Source: Octopus vulgaris
Lineage: Eukaryota
Reading direction: 5' to 3'
Length of the DNA: 64,000 nt
NCBI GenBank assembly: GCA_951406725.2
Contig: OX597832.1
Coordinates: forward strand, 67,642,001-67,706,000
Position 1 is the stretch's first letter; each line of letters begins with the position of its first letter. The position numbers were made by a program, and so were the translations under genes. The notes beneath the pieces were generated by a model. The model was not told where the DNA came from. It saw only the letters and a list, made by a program, of their open reading frames with translations, and did no database searches. This document shows positions 55,551 through 64,000 of the stretch, piece after piece.

Positions 55551-55662
55551 GTATTTATATATGTATAAATAGGTACACACGCATATATATATATATATGC
55601 GTGTGTACCTATTTATACATATATAAATACCTCAGCCTAACCCACACCCTACATTTGCTTTC
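55519..55662. repeat. Near-perfect ~144 bp palindrome centred on (AT)n
   Basis: gaaagcaagtgtaggatgtgggttaggctgaggtatttatatatgtataaataggtacacacgc(at)n mirrored with about 2 mismatches. Confidence 0.95.
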
Positions 55663-56747
55663 GTATACATTAGATCCTTTTTCCAAGAATTCTAATGCTC
55701 GTAGCTTAGTTTTTCCTTGGGGCTGGCCGTATCGAAGCGATCTCAAGATTAATCAGCCGAAATTGCGATGATGATCCGGTTCTTGACTGAAGATTAGAGG
55801 CTTCGAATGACCCGTCCGTTTTTTGTGTCGTCTATTTGAGTGTTTTGCGCTCTTGTCCCATTTTGTATTTTTATATATATTTTTTATACATATATTATTG
55901 CGGCGTAACGTACATCTTGTTCTCTTATGTATCTAAGCATCCCACTACTGAACGACTTCTACACACACTTTCTCTATACTTCACTAGTCTCTGTCTTTCT
56001 CTTTTCTCGCCTCTGATTCTTGGTCTCCTCTTCTCCCACTCTCTCACATTTCTCTGTCTTTCTCACTTTGCACCTCACTGATTCTGTCATCAAGCCAATC
56101 CTTGGCACGCTCTCTGTCCTCTCCCCTCTTTAATTCCTTCTTTCTCTCTCTTCTCCCCCTCTTTGATGCCTTCGTCCCTCATTTTGTCTCTCTCTCTTTG
56201 ATTCCTTTGCCCCTTTTTTTCTCTCTCTTCTCCTCTCACGTGACCGCCGGTCAACTAGCCTTTCGGCTTCTGAGCACCGCTACGACAACATCGATTTCTT
56301 CGTCTGCCGTAAAGGCATTATTTTCCAAATATGCCAGCTAAGCTAATTTGAACTGTCTAAAGTCGTAAGACACCCGCTGTTTTTGTCCTGTTATTACTAT
56401 TATTGTTTTTTGTATTTATATTCGTGTGGCATCGTCCGTTTTTCAGTCCTTGTTTCGTATACATTCGATCCCTTTTCCAAGAAATCTAATGCTCGTAGCT
56501 TAGTTTTTCCTTGGGGCTGGCCGGATCGGAGCGATCTCAAGATTAATCAAGAGTAAAAGAGTAAAAGAGAGAGAGCCGAAATTGCGAGGATGATCCGGTT
56601 CTTGACTGAAGATTAGAGGCTTCGAATGACCCGTCCGTTTTTTGTGTTGTCTATTTGAGTGTTTTGCGTTCTTGTCCCATTTTGTATTTTTATATATATT
56701 TTTTATACATATATTATTGCGGCGTAACGTACATCTTGTTCTCTTAT
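55659..56747 (+). mobile_element. Non-coding element with ~270 bp direct terminal repeats (55659-55928, 56453-56747), ending in (TA)n
   Basis: Repeats nearly identical; second copy has a 25 nt (GAGTAAAA)-type insertion at 56550-56574. Confidence 0.8.
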
Positions 56748-56915
56748 ATATATATTTACTCATATTCATAAACAAACACACACACACACATATATAAATA
56801 TATATATATATAATCAGGATGACCCAAAATACTGCCATGAATAAAAAAAATCCAGTATAAACAATTATAAAGGAAAGCCAAACATTAATTAATCAATATC
56901 CAGATTTTGTCTTTT

Positions 56916-57045
56916 CGGCCTTGGCGGCTTTGCCGTTCATCCTTTCGGGGTCGATAAATTAATTACACGTAGCGTACTGGGGTCGGTTTAATCGAATGGC
57001 AGCCTTCTCCAAAATTGCGGACCTTGTACTTAGAGTAGAAAAGAA
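56916..57045 (+). mobile_element. 3' part of SINE family 3
   Basis: ttcatcctttcggggtcgataaattaa...tactggggtcg...agtagaaaagaa. Confidence 0.75.
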
Positions 57046-57079
57046 CATCCATACTTTTTCACTAAAATGAGGAAGGGCA

Positions 57080-58200
57080 ATTTCTACGGATTTCCCACGA
57101 TTCTTAAAAGCTCAGAAATACCGAGAACTGTAAAGGAACATACGAACCAGTACATAAAATTATTAACATCCACTGATCTCAAGTAGAGGCCAATAGGTTC
57201 AGGACAACAATCTTCGACACAATGACAAGTTATACTTTTATACATGCGTCTTAAGCACTTACTCCTTTTAATGCCCTGGTATTTATTATATAAAATGGAT
57301 TTCCATACGAGCTCTCCTAACAAGTTTCAATGTGAAGAATATCTATATTAACATATCTCGCAATGGGTAGAAATCATAAAGATGATAAACGTTTCAGAAC
57401 GTACTTCATCACAAAACAAAACCCTTAGTAATTGAGAACAACTTCAACTTTGATAAAATATACTGACAAATATGTGGTGCAGCTATAGTGATAATATTTG
57501 CATCCTCATATGCTAACCTGCTGATGGTTTTCTTAGAAGTACAATTATACCAGTAAGTGCCCAAAATTTTACGAAGAGCGTTCTTTAAAAATATAAATGC
57601 TTCCTGGACAGCTGCTTTATGTTTAGGAGTAAATCAATTCAACTACAATTATTGTAGAACATTCACAACAAACTTCTATCTCTCCATAAATTCATAACGG
57701 AAACCAATCGTGTTGGGGGTCATCTTTACGTCTCTGCTCCCTCACTCTCCTTCTCTCCTCTCTATGTTCTTGAACATTCACCTAAAAATATGTAATTCCA
57801 AAATAACAAACGTTATATTTCACAAAACGACAGACTCACACCAACATTTGAGATTTTACTCTTGTCATCCCACACACATCAAACAGATAGCAAGACATAT
57901 TTCTACAATACTGGTGAAACCAAAATTACGATTAATTCGACTTCATGAACTAAAAAGTTTCTTACAACTACAGAATCCCCCCTTACAATCAATAAACAAC
58001 GGAATTATAATAGCAAAGGAACTAGCTATCCTACTACTGAGGGAGACTAGGGAAAATTGTGGGAAAATACTATTCCGTTTATCAAGACACTTGCTCCAGG
58101 GGTGGCCAGCGTATTCAATGCTACAGAAGCAAATCTACTGATACTTTCCGAAAGCGCTAAAACGAAAATCTGGTTGAAAAAAAATTGATAAGGCACAACA
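57080..58200 (+). pseudogene. Decayed Penelope-like (Neptune/Poseidon-type) reverse transcriptase
   Basis: FYGFPTILKS...DLK*RPIGSG; ENN / FNFDKIY*QICGAAI..FASSYANLLMVFLE; CFLDSCF; FLNI..KITNVIFHKTTDSHQHLRFYSCHPTHIK, i.e. PLE RT motifs in order. Confidence 0.85.
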
Positions 58201-58379
58201 AGGCTGCCAGGAGCCCCAAATCCGAGTTAGTGGCCAGAATCAAATGGCGTAGAAACCTATGTGCAAGATTCCGGAGCTGTTCTGAAGCCGTACTGGGAGC
58301 AGAGGGCTTCTTCTACGAGGAAAATATTATCTAATTGTTATTTTGTTTTATTTTTTTAAAACTATTATTTTGGGATAGA

Positions 58380-59451
58380 AAATTGCTCTTTCTTTCCTTT
58401 TTAAGCAAATTTTCAAATTCATCCTGAACACCTTGGATCTCTCTCTCTTTCTCTCTCTCTCTACTCTCTTACCCTCTTCTCCCTTACTCACTTTCTCTCT
58501 TCTCTCTTTCTCTCTGCTCCCTCACTCTCCTTCTCTCCTCTCTCTCCTCCTCCCTCCTACTTCCTCCCACCCAACTCTCCTCTCTTGCCCCGACTACTTC
58601 TATTCGCTCCTACTTCTCTTCACCCCTTCTCTCTTTCTCACTTCTCTCTTTCTCTCTTCTCTCCTACTCTCTTTCTCTCTTTCTCACCCCTCTTTCCCTC
58701 ATCTATCTTACCCTCTTTCTCTCTTCTCTCTTTCTCTCTTCTCTCTTACTCTCTTTCTCTCTTCTCTCCTCACATACCCACCTTCCCCTCCCCTCATAAG
58801 CCCACCCACCCCTACACATTCCTACTCCAACTTCCTTATCCTTCTCATCCCCCCATCTTATCCTACACACCCTCTCCCATATACCCCACCTCTACCTCCA
58901 CCCTCTGCCTACCCACAAACACCAACTCTACCCCAACCCTCAGCTGAACCCACACCCCACTCGTGCTTTCCCCACTCTCGCCTCTCCCACTGTCGTCTCC
59001 CCCATCTCCCTACAACATCACACCACACCACACCGTACAACATTACACATCACATCACATCACACCACCAACACAACTATCACCACATTTTCACACCTAC
59101 ACATACATCCACGCACACGTCCAGACCACCAGCCCTCTTTCACACTCATATAATACTCTCTTATACACACACGCACCTTCGTGTTGGGGGTCATCTTTAC
59201 TTTGTTATCTCCCCTACTTTCACCCTCGTGTGTGACCCATCTGTCCGAAGTCAGTCGCCATGATAGATCGTTAGCCACTACACACATTTTTTCTCTCCTT
59301 GTTCTCTCCTTGTTTTTTCTGTGTCCCTTTCTGTAGAATAGCGTAGGCTCGAAACGTAAAAAACTTTTCTATTCCTGAGAGTTATACGAATACATCTGTT
59401 TGTTTTGTACACCACCTGTCTTCGTCTTTTGTTTTTTTTTTCGTTAACTCT

Positions 59452-59455
<4 letters not shown>
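58380..59455 (+). mobile_element. PLE 3' region / pLTR with C/T- and CA-rich low-complexity body and atypical HHR-like motif (59328-59361), ending in (TA)n
   Basis: TTT-CTGTAGA-ATAGC-gtag-GCTC-GAAA-CG-TA-AAA; lies downstream of the PLE RT; inverted homolog at 55062-55550. Confidence 0.7.
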
Positions 59456-59494
<39 letters not shown>

Positions 59495-59599
59495 TGCATG
59501 TATATATATAAATATCAATGAGAGTATATATGTATGTATATATGTATGCAAACATATATGTATGTATAAATGTACACTATGTATGACTGTATGTATACG

Positions 59600-59736
59600 A
59601 GCAGGCATGGCTCGCTTCACAGCCGCGTAGTTTCGGACTCGTTCCCACTGCCCGGTACATTGGTCAGTGTCTTCTACTATAGACGGCCAATATCTTTGAG
59701 CGAAATCGGTAGACGGAAGCTGCGAGAATGTCTGTC

Positions 59737-59771
<35 letters not shown>

Positions 59772-60060
59772 AGTATATACATGTGTGTGCACATGCGCAC
59801 GTGTGTTCATGTGTGTGAGTGAGTGCGTGTGCATGTGTGTACCTGTGTTGTGTGTGTATATCTTTCTGTTCGTTTTCCAATGTTTTGACAACTTGTGTAG
59901 ATTTGTTTCCGTGTTTGTAGTTAAGTTTTTCAGTAAACGTCAACGATAGAATAACCACCAGGCACAAACTAGTCTTTCAGTCGATATTTTCGACTAAACG
60001 CCCAGAAGAAAGTTGCCCGACATGGCCAGCGTCTAACGACTGAACCAAGTGCAATATAAA
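59600..60060 (+). mobile_element. Decayed SINE family 1
   Basis: cccactg...gtgtcttctactatag...ggtagacggaagctg...gtcgatattttcgactaaa...catggcc. Confidence 0.7.
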
Positions 60061-60689
60061 ATGTTTATGTATGCATGTGTTCATACAATACTTTCATTAA
60101 TTGTTTCAAGTATTGCTTATATGTTCAAAGGGAACTTCATGGTATATTTTAATATCTGAATTTTAGGTCAGTTGAAAAATAATATCTCTCCTCCCGTCAT
60201 ATCAGATCTTCACAACGTTCGTTACGAACAATACCCATGTGACTTTCCGATGCTTATAACTCATTTCTTTTTATAGCTTTGATTATAACATCTTTTCCTT
60301 AATAAGAATAAATATGAATATCATAAATTGAATATTTAAGATAATTTTCGAGATTTATTTAGTATTCAACTATGATGGTGTAATAAAAATTAACTAGAAT
60401 CTGCCGGCAAAGAAAGTTACTATGGAGATGCGTCTATTTTGAGGCTATTTGCATATAAATCACCATTTTATTAAACCATGAAGGAATTTTTTCTCTATTT
60501 GTCTGTGTCTATTATTCATTTCGCTGATAGCTGAATATATTAAGATATAAAATTATACCACCAATATTTATATATGTGTGTAGATGCATATATATATATA
60601 TATATATGTCTGTACATGTGAGTGTGTGCATATGCATGTGTATGTCGCTGTGTGTATGACTTTGTATGTGTGAGTTTTAGTACTTTGAA

Positions 60690-61050
60690 ATTCAAACATT
60701 GCAAAATAAGAGAATATACGCAATAACTTCGCTGAAATCTTTTTCTCGTGACACGAATTTCACATCACTGCAATCATCAAACCACAAATATTCCTTTCGA
60801 AATTTAGTTTGCTTTCATCCAGAATATAACGAATTCATTATTTTTCCCGGGATGACCGTTGCAGGCAGAAAGCATGGGTACTTGTTCACTGATTTTCCCC
60901 AAAATAGAAGCTTTATGAAATTAGTCATCACAGCATGTATTATTTTTTCATTCCCACCGAGGTGTATAAACTTTTCTTTACATCTGTTTACATTCCTCAG
61001 TGACTATACAATCCCATGCACAACTATACCACATTTTCATATTATCCAAC
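60690..61050 (-). pseudogene. Decayed USP (peptidase C19)-like C-terminal fragment
   Basis: Minus: LDNMKMWYSCAWDC / KFIHL..EKI..V..F / KY..SACNGHPG / YLWFDDCSDVKFVSREKDFSEVIAYILLF, matching His-box, WxxFDDxxV and AYILFY order. Confidence 0.5.
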
Positions 61051-61589
61051 AAACTATGGATCGAGGAAGATTAATTAAATTTTATTTAATTAAGCACATG
61101 GCCAATAAATGAAATCTTATACAAATTAGATTGGATACATATCAAACCAAAATTCTACGGAAGTGCAGATGGAAAATCGATTAAGTTGCTGCTGAAGAAC
61201 ACTGAGACTTCTATCAACCTAAAAAAGCGTGTTTCTACTCCGAAAAATGTCTTCCTGTGTTCTAGCCAACATACAGAATCTTCAGACAGTTTTACGGCTA
61301 TTTATTTCAGTATGTATGTATGCATTATCTTTAATAATTTTCTACAGCATTTTTGTAATTCTTCCTAAACACAATTAATTCTTTTATTTCTTGCTTTCCA
61401 GATTTCTGTACACGAATGTTTTTCAATTAACTGTCAAAGCAAGTGAAAGAAATTTCCACATTACGTATAACTATCATTCGGTTTGATTAAGTGCCTTGAT
61501 AGTTACATATCAGGCGATTCCATTTTGGTTAGAGGCGCAGTGCATTACCAATCAATTATAAATTTCGTCGTGTGAATTATTTTCTAGGG

Positions 61590-61900
61590 GTGACGAAGAT
61601 TAAGAAAGAACTATCAAAGAGGATATTCCTCATATTAATAAAAAGTAATATCATTCAGAAGTTACAGAATGAATCTGGTATGATGTTGAAAGACTGGTTA
61701 ATTTATAACTTGTTAGAAGCGAAGTATTTCCTTTAATCTGGCTGAAGCCGCACAGGAGGACATACTTAAGTATATGTGCCTTTGTAGAGATACATAAATC
61801 ACAGGCTTTGATGATGAGTGAAGCCGAAATTATGTCTAAGACTGATTAGGAAATGGAATTCTCAGGTTGAGACTATAAAATGTCTGGCATGGACATTTTG
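61590..61900 (+). mobile_element. Possible decayed CR1/L2-type RT fragment
   Basis: IIQKLQNESGMMLKDWL, AQEDIL, GFDDE weakly echo KL..GI.G..L.W, PQGSIL, FADD. Confidence 0.2.
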
Positions 61901-61987
61901 AAGCACATGGACACAGAGAAAATCATATATCGTGTGTGGGGTTGTTTTGATTTTATATATGTAATTGTGTATTATGTATGTATGAAC

Positions 61988-62032
<45 letters not shown>

Positions 62033-62398
62033 TTATTTGTGAATGTGTGAAGTTATTTGCATTTAAATTTGAATGCTTCTCTGCATGAGTTCTCTCCCAC
62101 TCAAAATATTTGTGGCTGAACATTTCTGTGAGAGTATGCGTGCGTAAGTATGTATACATATTTATACACATACAAATATATAATTATTTATTTACATATG
62201 TATATTTACACATGTTTATATGGGTGTTCATATCACTGTAATTAATGAATATTTACAATTCTATATACCGTGTTTCATTGAAAATCTACTGTAAAAACGG
62301 GGAAAGGATTGAATATCAAGGAATTCTGTATTTTTGATAAAGCAATAATTACTTATCAGCATACAACACTATATTACATTCCTACATAGATACAGTGG

Positions 62399-62432
<34 letters not shown>

Positions 62433-62457
62433 ATATATACAGAAATATATATATATA

Positions 62458-62675
62458 TTCTTTTATTCTTTTATTTGCTTCAGTCATTTGAGTGGGGTCA
62501 TGCTGGAGCACAGCCTTTAGTCGAACAAATTGACTTATACTTTGTTTGCCTAGTACTTATCCTATCGGTCGTCTCTTTTGCTGAAATGCTAAGTTATGGG
62601 GACATAAACACACCGACATTGGTCGTAAAGCGATAGTGGGGGGACAAACAGAAATACAAACACACACACACACCA
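62458..62675 (-). mobile_element. 3' half of SINE family 1
   Basis: Matches 13544-13760. Confidence 0.85.
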
Positions 62676-62680
62676 TATAG

Positions 62681-62963
62681 TCGTTGACAGCACCAGCAAC
62701 CAATGGTTTCTGGGTAATTTGCCTTCTTCTGTACTGGACAACCGTCTGGATCTATGCCCGGGACATACTGTAAGTAAGGGGGTATACTACTCCTTTCTAA
62801 ACGTTGACAGTGCCAGAAAACCAATGATTTCTGAGTAATTTGCCTTCTTCGGTACTCAACAACCGCCTGTATAGAGACAGCAGCTAGTCGACCTTACTTA
62901 CAAGTATGCCTTAGACACAGATTAAATGTCGATAAACCAGCTGGAAAAGATGTTTTCCGGCCG

Positions 62964-62970
<7 letters not shown>
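62681..62970 (-). mobile_element. Element with two tandem ~70 bp HHR-like repeats, abutting (TA)n
   Basis: 62681-62750 and 62801-62871 are direct repeats; minus CAGTA-C(A/C)GAAGA-AGGC-aaatt-ACCCA-GAAA-CCATTGG-T-TGCTG. Confidence 0.5.
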
Positions 62971-63003
<33 letters not shown>

Positions 63004-63004
63004 T

Positions 63005-63411
<407 letters not shown>

Positions 63412-64000
63412 ACAATGAGGGTATTTATGCCTCCTATAGAGATATTTATCGAAGATACTGATTTAATATATAAAATTTTGAAGAGACAATACTTCAATGA
63501 ATATATATAAAACATCGCAAGATATCAGACATTTTTATTGAATTAGAAAATCGAGGGGTCTATTAGACACAAATTAATTCATTAATTAATCAACAAATTT
63601 ACCAACAATTGTTTCACTTCTGAAATAAAGATAAAATTTGAAAATAAAGAATAAAAGACCAAAAGAATATATAAAATATACATTAGAATTTTAAATAACT
63701 GATAAGGAAAATCGTCTGGGTTTATAAACTCATGGAACCCTATTTTAAATATGATAATAAGAAAGGTAAAAATTTAAAAAATTAATAGTATTGATAAGGA
63801 TATAATTAAAAGTTCTTATAATAATAGACATAACATTAATTAATAAAGTAAGATATATTCCTTGCATAAATTCTAAGAAAAACTATGTTGATTAATTAAT
63901 AAATTAATTTGTATCCATGGGATCTCTCTGTTTTCTAACACAATATATATGATGTAATACATGTATATAGATGTGTATATATATATATATGTGTGTGTGT

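Noticed and set aside
58433-59263. 276 aa L/S/P/H-rich ORF
   Set aside because: Low-complexity C/T/A-rich PLE 3' region lacking stops by composition
60699-61112. 137 aa plus-strand ORF
   Set aside because: Antisense shadow of the minus-strand USP-like remnant

Overview
AT-rich, microsatellite-saturated animal genomic DNA. The SINE types and repeat landscape suggest an Octopus/coleoid cephalopod (inference). No intact protein-coding gene is supportable: almost all ORF-track entries are translations of (TA)n/(CA)n/(TTA)n tracts or antisense to decayed transposons. The window is a mosaic of three tRNA-derived SINE families, a decayed Penelope-like (PLE) RT with inverted terminal copies, R4/Dong 3' ends in (TAA)n, hAT and Tc1/mariner remnants, and two decayed ubiquitin-specific-protease (USP/C19)-like fragments. 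The main signal is a diverse set of (TA)n-associated, often fold-back elements carrying minimal type-I hammerhead ribozyme (HHR) motifs. I read about eight sequence families by eye, including a U3-A8 core variant with covarying stems. The best candidate for an undescribed system is a ~2.3 kb element (29291-31620) with Penelope-type HHR-bearing terminal repeats that encodes no RT or endonuclease, only a decayed L1/Tx1-type ORF1 (gag-like, CCHC knuckle). All calls come from manual reading and translation; no searches were run, and boundaries of decayed elements are approximate.
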